From the IMG/VR virus record IMGVR_UViG_2772190778_000001: a stretch of DNA of 64,000 nucleotides. One strand, written 5' to 3'. The translations under genes were made by a program, and so were the position numbers. Shown here piece by piece: positions 55,325 to 64,000 of this stretch. The notes under the pieces were generated by a model that saw only the letters and a list, made by a program, of their open reading frames with translations, ran no database searches and had not been told where the DNA came from. Numbering within the stretch: position 1 is the first letter of the stretch; each line of letters begins with the position of its first letter. Origin of the DNA: a virus (Duplodnaviria; Caudoviricetes).

Positions 55325-55755
55325 GTGAAGATCCTCAGTTGATCGTCGATGGAGAAATCGAGCTGATAGGCGAGCACACCGGCCCCGCTGGACACGAGAT
55401 GCCCGCGTTCGAACCGGAAGACGCCGACCTCGTCGCCCGGTGCCCAGCCCGCCAAGGCGCGCACCACGCGCATCAGGAACTGGTCGATCTTGTCGAGGGA
55501 GGCGGCCCCGGTGCGGTCAAAGCTCTGCGCGAAGATCACCACGCTCGTGCGGTGGGTCAGCATCTGGCTGAAGACGCCCGAGGCGGCGTCGGGGCGGCTG
55601 CCCTGAATGCCGGAGGGAAAGACATAGGCCGCGACCGATTGCGCGGGCAGCTTCTTGGAGCGGATCAGATCGACAAAGGCGCGGCCCCCGTCGATACGAC
55701 CGCCAAGCTCGGGCACCTGCGCCTCGATCCGGGTCATGACATCGTTGATGGTCAT
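55321..55755 (-). CDS. Tail terminator / completion protein
   Basis: Homolog of 14017-14451. Confidence 0.7.
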   Translation of the reverse strand: MTINDVMTRIEAQVPELGGRIDGGRAFVDLIRSKKLPAQSVAAYVFPSGIQGSRPDAASGVFSQMLTHRTSVVIFAQSFDRTGAASLDKIDQFLMRVVRALAGWAPGDEVGVFRFERGHLVSSGAGVLAYQLDFSIDDQLRIFT

Positions 55756-56249
55756 GCGAAGACCTCGCGCAGATAGGCCTCGACGGTGCCCGCGATGTCG
55801 GTCTCGTCCTTGTCGTCAAAGCCCAGAAAGGGCCGGGCCGGGATTTCGACCTGGTCGACCATGATGAATTGGCCATTGGGGAGGGTGAAGGCCAGCTTTG
55901 CGGCGGCGTCCGCGCCGGTCGGCTCGATGAAGGCTCCGAACTGATGCGTGGCGGCATAGGGCACATTGGTGCCGATGCGCGCGGAAAAGCTATCGGCCTC
56001 TGTCACGATGCTGTCGCGCAGGCGTGTGCTGTCGACCAGCGTCTTGCCGCCGGATTCGCGCGCGCGATGCGAGATGGGCCAAACGATGCCGCCCGGACCT
56101 TCACTCTTCTCGAACCGCTCGGAGACGGAGGTTTCCAGAACGGTGCCGATGCGGCGCATCAAAGGGGTGAGGTCGGACAAATAGCGCAGGCCATTGGCGA
56201 CGGCGCTGTCAAAGTCGAGACTGTCGAGGCTGACGGTGAGGGTGACCAT
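55752..56249 (-). CDS. Virion morphogenesis protein (gpG-like)
   Basis: GTNVPYAATHQFG, IPARPFLG. Confidence 0.85.
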   Translation of the reverse strand: MVTLTVSLDSLDFDSAVANGLRYLSDLTPLMRRIGTVLETSVSERFEKSEGPGGIVWPISHRARESGGKTLVDSTRLRDSIVTEADSFSARIGTNVPYAATHQFGAFIEPTGADAAAKLAFTLPNGQFIMVDQVEIPARPFLGFDDKDETDIAGTVEAYLREVFA

Positions 56250-56250
56250 C

Positions 56251-56676
56251 TCAGAACCCCTTGAGGCTGTCGCGGCTGAAGGTGGCCTGCGGCGCGCTGA
56301 TCTGCGGCAGCTGTGGATTGCCGGGGCCGGTATCGGCGGGCGTCTCGTCGCCGAGCGAGGCCTCGCCCCGGCGCACCTCGCGCAAGAAGCTGAGGGCGGC
56401 GTCATAGCCTTCCTTGGCCCCGTCATAGGCGGCGGCCCGCGCGCCCAAGAGGCGATGCCAGGCAATCGCGGCGGCGTGCATCGTGAGCGCGCGCGGGGGG
56501 GTGTCTGCGTTGTAAAGCCCCGCGACATAGCTTTCGGTGACCGACACGGCATCGTCGATGGCCACTTGCAGAACGCCCATATCCACGACGCCGGGCGCTG
56601 CGCCCTGTGCCGTGATCTCAGCCAAAAAGCCCTCGCCGTAGCGGTCGATCATATCCTGTGCGCTGAGATAGGGCAT
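56251..56676 (-). CDS. Head-tail connector (gp36/DUF1320-like)
   Basis: Homolog of 14953-15378. Confidence 0.8.
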   Translation of the reverse strand: MPYLSAQDMIDRYGEGFLAEITAQGAAPGVVDMGVLQVAIDDAVSVTESYVAGLYNADTPPRALTMHAAAIAWHRLLGARAAAYDGAKEGYDAALSFLREVRRGEASLGDETPADTGPGNPQLPQISAPQATFSRDSLKGF

Positions 56677-56760
56677 GTCCGCCTCCGGCTTGGGTGTAGG
56701 GGTGCCGGTCTCTCCCGGCTGTCACGCCTGATCCTTGGCGGCGTCCCCTTGGGGGTATTC

Positions 56761-57117
56761 TCAGGAACCCGCGCCAGCGGCGGCCTGCATCTCGGCCCAG
56801 ACCGCATCCCGCACACCGGCGGTGATCTGGTCGCCGAGGCCCGGGGCTGCGTCCTGCAACGCCTTGACGCGTGGCTTGCCGCTCTTGTCGAAGGCGTCGC
56901 CCGGCAGGGCTTTGACGGCCTCGCTCAAGGCCACGCGCAGCGCGTCGTCGAGGACAGGCGGCGGCGCGGTGTCAGCCCCTCCGTCAGTCTCTTCGATTGC
57001 GCCCAGGGCCAGAAGGCGCGCGATCTGCGCCGCGCTGCCGATCTCTTGCGCGGGGTGGGTCGATCCCGCCTCAAGCCGCGAGGCCGCGATCACGGTGCGT
57101 TTGATGAGATAGCTCAT
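56761..57117 (-). CDS. Head-associated protein (gp35-like position)
   Basis: Homolog of 15786-16142. Confidence 0.65.
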   Translation of the reverse strand: MSYLIKRTVIAASRLEAGSTHPAQEIGSAAQIARLLALGAIEETDGGADTAPPPVLDDALRVALSEAVKALPGDAFDKSGKPRVKALQDAAPGLGDQITAGVRDAVWAEMQAAAGAGS

Positions 57118-58073
57118 GCTGCGTCCTCGATCAGATACCCGGTGGCGGGGGCGGCGATGACTTCGCGGAGCTGCTCGCCCACACGCAGGGTGGTGGCGCC
57201 TTTAAGGCCCACTTTGGGATCGAAGAAACGCCCCGAGACGCGGCCGTCGAATTGCGCGGTCCAGCCCCAAGCAGGGGCGGTACCATCCGGACCGGCCTGT
57301 GTGTTGCGGTGGAGGAGGGCGATATTGCCGCCCCAGACCTTCTCGAAGGCCGCCGTCTGACCCTTGCGGGCGGCGTTGATATAGCTGTCGCCCACGAGGA
57401 TTTCCGACAGCTCGAAGAGCTCGGCCACAGCCTCGCGGCTGGCGCGGCCCTTGTCGCCCGAGGTTCGGTTGATCGCCTTCAGGATATCGGGATGGGTCGA
57501 GAGCGCGGTCCAGGCCTTGCGTCCCATGGCGGCCACGTTGGGGCGCATGATGAAGGTGGCATCAAGGGCGGCAGAGATCACACCGATGGGGTCGGACGCA
57601 GAATCGGAGAACTGACCCGCGCCGGACAGCACCACCTTCTTGTCCGCGTCATAATTGGCCGCATCCTGCACCATGGCGGCCACGCGCTTTTCGCGGTCGA
57701 GCTGGATCAGATGGGTAAGGCCCTCTACGGCGCGCGCCTCGGGATCGAAGGCCGAGTTGCCAGCGGCGCGGAGCGCCCGGGCGGCCTCGATGTCACGCTG
57801 CGGCACCACGTCGTCGAGACCGTAGTCCTTGACCGAGGAGGTCTTTTCTTCGCCGGTGAACTCGACCTGTTGGACCAGACCTTTGCGGCCCACTTCCGTA
57901 TTGGGCACGGTGAACATCTGTTCAGGCGGATAATAGGTCCATTTGAAATCCATCCCCATGACCGGCACGCGCGGCATGACCTGATCGGCGATGAAGGAGA
58001 TATCGGGGTTGCGGTAGTTGACGGCGATGGCGGTCAGAACCGGATCGACGACAAAGGGGGTGGGGGTGCTCAT
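57114..58073 (-). CDS. Major capsid protein
   Basis: Near-identical to 16139-17098. Confidence 0.9.
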   Translation of the reverse strand: MSTPTPFVVDPVLTAIAVNYRNPDISFIADQVMPRVPVMGMDFKWTYYPPEQMFTVPNTEVGRKGLVQQVEFTGEEKTSSVKDYGLDDVVPQRDIEAARALRAAGNSAFDPEARAVEGLTHLIQLDREKRVAAMVQDAANYDADKKVVLSGAGQFSDSASDPIGVISAALDATFIMRPNVAAMGRKAWTALSTHPDILKAINRTSGDKGRASREAVAELFELSEILVGDSYINAARKGQTAAFEKVWGGNIALLHRNTQAGPDGTAPAWGWTAQFDGRVSGRFFDPKVGLKGATTLRVGEQLREVIAAPATGYLIEDAA

Positions 58074-58092
58074 GGATCAGCGCTCCTAAAGA

Positions 58093-58458
58093 TCAGGTGA
58101 CGGAGTGACGGGCAATCGCCACGTCGATGATGTCGCCAGCCACGCCCGCCTGCAGCGCGTAGCCGACGGCGATGTTTCCGGCCCCGGCAGCGGCGGCGAC
58201 GCCAAGGCCCGAGGCGTCCGACGCGATGGGCGCACCGGCGGCAACCGTGCCCGCAAGCTCGAGCTCGGCCGAGCCGGACATGATCACGTCCTGAAGGTCG
58301 CCCGGCTTTGCGTCGAGCTGGTCCGAGATGCCAATCGCGAGATTGGTCGCGGCGGCGGCCACGAGGATGCCGCCCGCCGCACCGAACTTGACGATCCGGC
58401 GACCGGGCACCGCCGCTTCGGCGGTGTAGGATTTGATGAACGCTCCGGGGTTAGGCAT
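58093..58458 (-). CDS. Capsid cement protein (DUF2190-like)
   Basis: Homolog of 17118-17483. Confidence 0.75.
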   Translation of the reverse strand: MPNPGAFIKSYTAEAAVPGRRIVKFGAAGGILVAAAATNLAIGISDQLDAKPGDLQDVIMSGSAELELAGTVAAGAPIASDASGLGVAAAAGAGNIAVGYALQAGVAGDIIDVAIARHSVT

Positions 58459-59536
58459 TGTCGGCCTCCATGGTTTCCTCGATCTGGCGCGCAGCCTCGG
58501 CAAAGCTCAGCGTGCGGCCCTCGGCCTCTGCGTCCTTGATCAGGCGCTTGGCGGCGGCGGTGATGTCGTCTGACCCTTTGACCTGCGGCGGGGTGGCACC
58601 GCCCGCCCGCTCGCTGAAGTCGATCAGCGGCTTGGTCTGCTTTGAGAGCAGATCGCGGAACCACGCGCGCGGGCTGGCGCTCTTGCCTTCGGCAAAGGCC
58701 ACCTCGTCTTGCGCGTCGAGGCTTTCCATGAACGCGGCAAGCTCGTCCTTGAGGCCGGGTGCGATGCGGCCGTCCTTGACCAGGGCCTCGACCAGGGCGG
58801 CATCCTCGGCGCGGCGCGTCTTGTTCAGGGCCTCGGCGAAGGCGGCTTCCTTCGCGTCGAGTTCGGCCGCGCGCGCATCGAGCGCGGCTTGGCGGTCTTC
58901 GGGGGTTTGCGTGTCCTTGCCGGACATGGCGGTCTCTCCTTTTTGGGGTTCGGCGAATGGGGTTTGCGCGGTCTCAGGCGCGCCTGCGGCGTCGCGGAGC
59001 GCCTCTTGGCCTGCGGGGGTGCGTGCCCAGGACAGGACGGCGGCAATCGCGCCTTTCAGGGCGTCCGCGAAACTGGCGGCGGGCGCGTCCTCTTCCGAGA
59101 AGGCGATCTCGAGGGTCACGACCTCGGCGTCCTCGGCGAACTCGGCCGCCTTGAGGCCCTTCACGGCGGGGGGCTGTGCGCCCAGAAACCCCACATGCTT
59201 CAGGTAATAGGTGCCGGGGGTCGGGTTCGCGGCGGATTGAGGAGGATAGAACGAGGCGCTGATCCGCTTGAAGCGGCCCGCGCGCACCATCTCGGCGAAG
59301 GCAGGCTCCACCTGGTCAGGCTCTGCAAAAAGCTCGGCCCCGTCGGCGCGCAAGCGTTTGACCCAGCCATAGGCCGGGGCATCGGTGCGAGGATGGCCCA
59401 CGACAATGGGGGCCTCATGGAGGGCGGGATCATAGGCGGCGGCGATGCCCTCGACCTCGGCTTCGGAAAACTCGAAGCTCTGCCCGGATTGGGCGGTGTG
59501 GCGGCCAGCGCGGAAGATGTGAAGCGGTTTTGTCAT
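58451..59536 (-). CDS. Prohead protease/scaffold (gpI-like)
   Basis: Homolog of 17476-18561. Confidence 0.92.
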   Translation of the reverse strand: MTKPLHIFRAGRHTAQSGQSFEFSEAEVEGIAAAYDPALHEAPIVVGHPRTDAPAYGWVKRLRADGAELFAEPDQVEPAFAEMVRAGRFKRISASFYPPQSAANPTPGTYYLKHVGFLGAQPPAVKGLKAAEFAEDAEVVTLEIAFSEEDAPAASFADALKGAIAAVLSWARTPAGQEALRDAAGAPETAQTPFAEPQKGETAMSGKDTQTPEDRQAALDARAAELDAKEAAFAEALNKTRRAEDAALVEALVKDGRIAPGLKDELAAFMESLDAQDEVAFAEGKSASPRAWFRDLLSKQTKPLIDFSERAGGATPPQVKGSDDITAAAKRLIKDAEAEGRTLSFAEAARQIEETMEADNA

Positions 59537-59834
59537 GACCCGACATTAAGCCGGGGCGACGGGCCAGATCAGATGAAGGGCTTCAGGGGAAAGGGTGGGG
59601 CGCTGCGCGTGCCGCCTTGGGTGAGACTAGCGCCCTCTGAGGGCAGGCGGCAAGCCCGGAATGCAAACGGCCCCAGAACGGCCCGCTGAGTGCGCTTCCG
59701 GCTCTGGCGGGGGTTGGGTCGCAAAATCGCCGAGGGGGGTATTAAATGGGTATTTAATGAGGCGCTGAGAGGCCATTGCGTCTGGCGGGGTCGGTTGCAG
59801 GTGCGCCCGCGCGGTCAAACAGCCCCAAATTGCC

Positions 59835-60053
59835 TCAGGATGCCGGTTTGTCGATGAAGGACCGGAGGAGTGCGCGGCGCTCTTCGGGGGTGCGCCGGGG
59901 GGAGGGGCCGAACATGATTTCTAGCTGTTTTTTGCGCGCGGCGACAATCTCGGCTTTGTCCGGATCGTCGTCGGGCAGAGCCTCGGCGTCGCGCAGCGCG
60001 TCTTCGTAATCCTGGCGCGAGGAGCCTTGGGGTTCGGTCAAGAGATAAGCCAA
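59835..60053 (-). CDS. 72-aa acidic protein after MuF
   Basis: Diverged homolog of 18859-19080. Confidence 0.7.
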   Translation of the reverse strand: MAYLLTEPQGSSRQDYEDALRDAEALPDDDPDKAEIVAARKKQLEIMFGPSPRRTPEERRALLRSFIDKPAS

Positions 60054-60056
60054 GTC

Positions 60057-61382
60057 TCACTCCTCCAGCATCTCGGTGATTGCGCGGACAACCTCTGCAA
60101 CCGGGCCTCCCACTCTCTGGCGAACTTCAAGGGCGCGCGCACCGGGGCTGTCCGAATATAGGATCAGCCCTTGCGCGCGCAACACCTCGAGAACAATCAG
60201 GCGGATCGCAGTATCTCGGTCCGCCCGGTCCAGATCCGGCGCGATCTCGTCGAGCATTTCCCCCGCGACGTCCTGAAACCCCACGACGTTAACCCGCGCG
60301 GACGACAGACGCACGGCCCTGTAGAGCGACCCGTCATGGCCCACCGCCAGAATGGAGGTGACGCGCCGCTCGAACATCGTGGCGAGGTCTTGCGGGCTGA
60401 GAGGCGCAGAACTGGGATGATTGTGCACAAGGCCAATCTCTTGCCCGTCGCGCAGGCGTTGCGTGACCTCCGGCCCGAGGCGCACCCGGTCAGCACCCCC
60501 CACGCTCCAGTCGATTTCCTCGCCAGTCCGCAGATTGAACGCGCCAAGATGCTCGCGCCCGTCGCCAAGGCCCATAAGCCGGGCGCGCATGGCAAAGCCA
60601 AGCTCGGTTGCCGCCGCCGGGGCGGAAAGCCCGGTCGATATCCCTGCATGGCGCGCGCCGAGGTCAAGCCAAGCATGGCCCGCGTTGCTATCCCATGCCG
60701 GATCGACCCCAAGCGCCGTGGGTTCAATCTCGCCGGTGCGACGGTTCAAGACCCCGCGCTCCTCCAGCTCGAAATCCTCTGTCACCTTCAGGCCGCCCCG
60801 GTCGATCATGCCTTGGGAGAGTTGCTGGACCGTGCAGCCGCACCGCCAGCCGTTGGGGGGAAAGATACGAAGCCATGCCGGGTGATCGACGGGCAGGATC
60901 AGGTCGTGATAGCGCGCGTGGTCCTCGCGCTTGGTGTCGCGCTGGATCTGGACGTAGCGCAGGAAGGGGAAGGCCGCCTTGGTGCGTTGAATGCGTGCCC
61001 ATTTGCCCGCAGCATGGGCTGCGCGCATATTGGCGTCGAAGATCACCCGCAGGCGGCGGGGCGAGCCAAGCTGGACGTTCTTCAACTCGCCGGTCAGGGG
61101 ATCGCGCTCTGTGGCGCTGCCCCACCAGCCAAGCCGTTTCAACTCGGGCTCGAGGTCATCCATGAAGCTGCTGAGCGTGCCGCCATTGGCCAGCGCCCGG
61201 TCGAGCGCCCCACGGATCGTCTCGAGCACGTCAGTTCGCATCGCCTTGGCGACAACGAAATTGCTGGCGTGCTCATTGCGCCAGACGTCGCGGAAATCGA
61301 ACCGCGCATCGGGCGGGGCGAGGCCTTTGGAGCGAAAGAAGGACAGCGCATCCTCGGGGCGCAGGCGCTGCAGGTCGATCAT
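60057..61382 (-). CDS. MuF with C-terminal JAB-like domain
   Basis: HNHPSSAPLSPQD; N-terminus near-identical to P1, C-terminus diverged. Confidence 0.85.
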   Translation of the reverse strand: MIDLQRLRPEDALSFFRSKGLAPPDARFDFRDVWRNEHASNFVVAKAMRTDVLETIRGALDRALANGGTLSSFMDDLEPELKRLGWWGSATERDPLTGELKNVQLGSPRRLRVIFDANMRAAHAAGKWARIQRTKAAFPFLRYVQIQRDTKREDHARYHDLILPVDHPAWLRIFPPNGWRCGCTVQQLSQGMIDRGGLKVTEDFELEERGVLNRRTGEIEPTALGVDPAWDSNAGHAWLDLGARHAGISTGLSAPAAATELGFAMRARLMGLGDGREHLGAFNLRTGEEIDWSVGGADRVRLGPEVTQRLRDGQEIGLVHNHPSSAPLSPQDLATMFERRVTSILAVGHDGSLYRAVRLSSARVNVVGFQDVAGEMLDEIAPDLDRADRDTAIRLIVLEVLRAQGLILYSDSPGARALEVRQRVGGPVAEVVRAITEMLEE

Positions 61383-62929
61383 GGGGCCACGGAGCCGGGC
61401 AGGGTGTCCGACCCATCTGTTGCCTCGCTGTCGTCCACCACGGCCCCCAGTTCACCCGCCAGACGCGCGGCAAAACTGGCCTCGGTCAGCAGATCAGTCA
61501 TCGCTTGTCCGTCGCTCGGTGCGGCCGCCAAGGCGTCGAGACGGGCGCGCAGCGCCTCAAGCGTGGTGCCCGGTGCGATGCTGCCCAGAAGGGCCGCGAT
61601 ATCTGCGAATAGCGGCTCGACGGCCGTCTCGGCATGACCCTCCGCGATGATCTCGGCCGCAAGCCTGTCGAGCGCGCTCTCATGGCGATGCTCGGCGAAA
61701 CCGGCCTCGGGCGGGTTCTCACCAGGTGGGGTAGGGTCGGGAGGTGCTGTGCGCTCATAGCCGTCACCATAGATTTCCTTTACGCGATCCTCAGTCATCT
61801 GCCAGCCGATGCGATGCAGCTTCTCATCGCGGTCGACGGCGGCGGTTGTATCCTCCGGGTCTTCCATCTTGCGCCAGACCCTCGGCGGCGCAACACCGGG
61901 AAAGTTGAATTCACACAATCGTGCGACAGGCCCCTCGTTGAAGGATTGGCAGACGAGATCGGCATCGGATTTCTTGACCGCGTCGCCCACGTCGTCATGC
62001 ACCTCGGCCTGAGACCGGCTGGAGCCATTGTCGGTGGTCATGGTCTGCGACAGCACGATTTTCGAGATGGCGGCATCCATCGTGTCGTGCAGCTTCTGGT
62101 AATCAAGAGAGCTGGCACCTGCGGGTGCAGATAAAAGCTCGATATCCATGCCCTCGGGGATGATGATCCCGGCCTCCGAGCGGATGGCCAGAACCGCCTC
62201 GAGCAGGGTCTTTTGCTCTTCCTCCGTCGCCTGCGCGGGATATTTGCCGCGCGCGGTCGGCATGCCGAATTTGTCGAGGGCGATGAGCCAGAGCTTCAGA
62301 CCGTTGCGCTTGAACCAGACCGGCCAATAGAGCCAATGCGCGAGACCCAGCCCGTAAGGCTCGTCGTCGTGATCAGCCCCTGTCGAGAAGACCCAGAACT
62401 TCTCGGGCGGCATTTCCTCGCCGGTCAGCATGTTTGAGAGGGTCAAAAGGCGCAACCCGCAATCCTCGTCAAAGCGAAACCGCACCCGGTCGCGCACGCG
62501 GATTTCTTCCCAGCCCCAGAGCCGCCCGTCGCGCCGATACATCTGTTCGGCGACGGAATAGCCATAGAAGAGGCCCCAGAGCATTTTCTCGGTCAGGCGG
62601 TCGAATTTCAGGCCCGCGAGTTCCTCCCGCAGCCAGTCGGCCGCGCGCTTGCCTGCCGCCGTGTCCTCGCCCGGTACCACCTCCCATTCCCGGCTGGTCA
62701 CGGCCGAGATGCGTTGCGTCATCACCGATTTGACCTGCGGGTCTGTCAGGATGGGCTTGTAGATGTCGAAACTGCCGCCGCCCCGTGTGCGCAGGATCGG
62801 ATCTGTCGGCTCGAGCAGCGGGCCGATCCACGGACGGGTGATGTCACGCCCGCCCTGAATGCCCGCGAGCTCCATCGGGTTGCGCATCCGCACCGACCGC
62901 AGCCGCATGGTGCTGGTCTTTCTCGCCAT
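61379..62929 (-). CDS. Portal protein (gp29/DUF935)
   Basis: Homolog of 20405-21955. Confidence 0.92.
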   Translation of the reverse strand: MARKTSTMRLRSVRMRNPMELAGIQGGRDITRPWIGPLLEPTDPILRTRGGGSFDIYKPILTDPQVKSVMTQRISAVTSREWEVVPGEDTAAGKRAADWLREELAGLKFDRLTEKMLWGLFYGYSVAEQMYRRDGRLWGWEEIRVRDRVRFRFDEDCGLRLLTLSNMLTGEEMPPEKFWVFSTGADHDDEPYGLGLAHWLYWPVWFKRNGLKLWLIALDKFGMPTARGKYPAQATEEEQKTLLEAVLAIRSEAGIIIPEGMDIELLSAPAGASSLDYQKLHDTMDAAISKIVLSQTMTTDNGSSRSQAEVHDDVGDAVKKSDADLVCQSFNEGPVARLCEFNFPGVAPPRVWRKMEDPEDTTAAVDRDEKLHRIGWQMTEDRVKEIYGDGYERTAPPDPTPPGENPPEAGFAEHRHESALDRLAAEIIAEGHAETAVEPLFADIAALLGSIAPGTTLEALRARLDALAAAPSDGQAMTDLLTEASFAARLAGELGAVVDDSEATDGSDTLPGSVAP

Positions 62930-62930
62930 C

Positions 62931-64000
62931 TCAGAATCCTCCGAAATCCAAGCCACCCCGGCCCCGGGCAAAGCCCATGCGCCGCCCGCCCAAGGGGCTG
63001 GTGAAGTCTTGAGCCGTCAAAGCGGTGCGCGGCCCGGTCGATTGAAACTCCATCGGCACCACGTCCTGATTGCTCGCATACCAGGCGAGCGCGCCTGCAA
63101 TGGCGCTGTCGCCGTGCCGGTCGAGCCCGTCTGAGCCCTTGAAGCGGAAATTCTCGGGCACGCGGATGATGCCGTTTGTGTATTGCAGCGCCTGGTGGTC
63201 GCGCAGCACGTCCTCATGGGCGGGCAGAACGATGGTGCGATCCGAGAAAGCCTCGATATAGGGGGGCATCTCGAGCTCGTACCATTGGCGCGTGAAGGAG
63301 ACTTCGACGATCCGCTCGCCGTAGCGTTGGGCCGCGACCTCGGCGAGATAGGCCCCATTGCCGGTGCGGTCCATCGCGCCCTTGTAGAAATTAGGCAGCC
63401 GGTCGAGCAGCCAGAAGAGCACATCACGCTGCTGATCGAAGGGGATGTTGCGCAGCTCGACAATGAGCTTGGTGCGCCGCGTGAGATCGACGCCCTGCTC
63501 GAGAATGATGATGTCGGTGGCGTCGCCTGAGCGCGCAAAGTCCTCGCCCATGAAATGCGGGCGGGTTGGGTCGAGGGTTTTAAGCACCGGTTCAAGGTGG
63601 GTTTTACACCAGGCTTCAGCAGCGGCCTTGCGCACGGGTTCGTCGGCGTTCTTGAAGCTGTCGGGCTGCGTCCAGCGATGGAACGGGATGCCCTTGGCCA
63701 TGCAGGCCTCGATCTGCACGCGGGTGAGGGCCGCGCCTTCCATCTCGGCCGGTTCCGCATCAAGCTCCTGGCGCATGGCGGCCTCGCGCGCGCCGTAAGC
63801 GCGGCGCACGGTGGCCTCCCACGCGGCCTCGGCTTCCGGCGTCCAGGTCTTGCCCTGCATCATGCAGACGCGTTTATAGAGCCCGTTGGCGACCGCGTCG
63901 CCGAAGGTGTAGCGATGCACCGCAAAGCCGTTCTTGCCCGCGCGCGCCTCGCGGATGAGTTCGTTGAAGGCGTTGAGATAGCCGTTATGGGTCGAGATGA
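62931..64000 (-). CDS. Large terminase, 5'-truncated by window edge
   Basis: Homolog of 21948-23597. Confidence 0.92.
   Translation of the reverse strand, partial: ISTHNGYLNAFNELIREARAGKNGFAVHRYTFGDAVANGLYKRVCMMQGKTWTPEAEAAWEATVRRAYGAREAAMRQELDAEPAEMEGAALTRVQIEACMAKGIPFHRWTQPDSFKNADEPVRKAAAEAWCKTHLEPVLKTLDPTRPHFMGEDFARSGDATDIIILEQGVDLTRRTKLIVELRNIPFDQQRDVLFWLLDRLPNFYKGAMDRTGNGAYLAEVAAQRYGERIVEVSFTRQWYELEMPPYIEAFSDRTIVLPAHEDVLRDHQALQYTNGIIRVPENFRFKGSDGLDRHGDSAIAGALAWYASNQDVVPMEFQSTGPRTALTAQDFTSPLGGRRMGFARGRGGLDFGGF

Larger units (their letters stand above)
39058..64000 (-). mobile_element. Mu-like transposable prophage 2 (right end about 39058-39061; continues beyond window)
   Basis: Second, highly similar copy of com module, tail and head genes offset by about 41-42 kb; tandem 22-bp end-type sites at 39061-39104; exact boundary is inferred. 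Confidence 0.88.

Overview
The window holds two related Mu-like (transposable, long non-contractile tail) prophages in direct tandem orientation, most likely in a Rhodobacteraceae-type alphaproteobacterium (inferred from high GC, a GapR/DUF2312 gene and a GTA-type holin). Prophage 1 (P1) spans <1 to about 39057 and is almost complete: com/mom-position module, tail, head, terminase, lysis, early genes, transposase A/B and repressor; its right end lies outside the window. Prophage 2 (P2) spans about 39058 to >64000, from its right end through tail and head genes to a partial large terminase. The two appear fused left-end to right-end at about 39057 with no recognisable host DNA: four 22-bp transposase-type sites converge on a 10-bp gap. 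Main points of interest: (1) a Com + 60-aa + ABC-ATPase/GNAT operon where Mu has com-mom, a candidate ATP-dependent DNA-modification system; (2) an Acb2/Tad1-like small gene present only in P1; (3) MuF proteins with a variable C-terminal JAB-type domain plus a small partner gene; (4) a cassette flanked by a duplicated 3' end of the mom-position gene; (5) a conserved intergenic region nearly equidistant from the ends, a candidate strong gyrase site; (6) swapped tail-tip modules. Family names come from remembered motifs and synteny, not database searches. No rRNA, tRNA, CRISPR array, invertase or reverse transcriptase was recognised.
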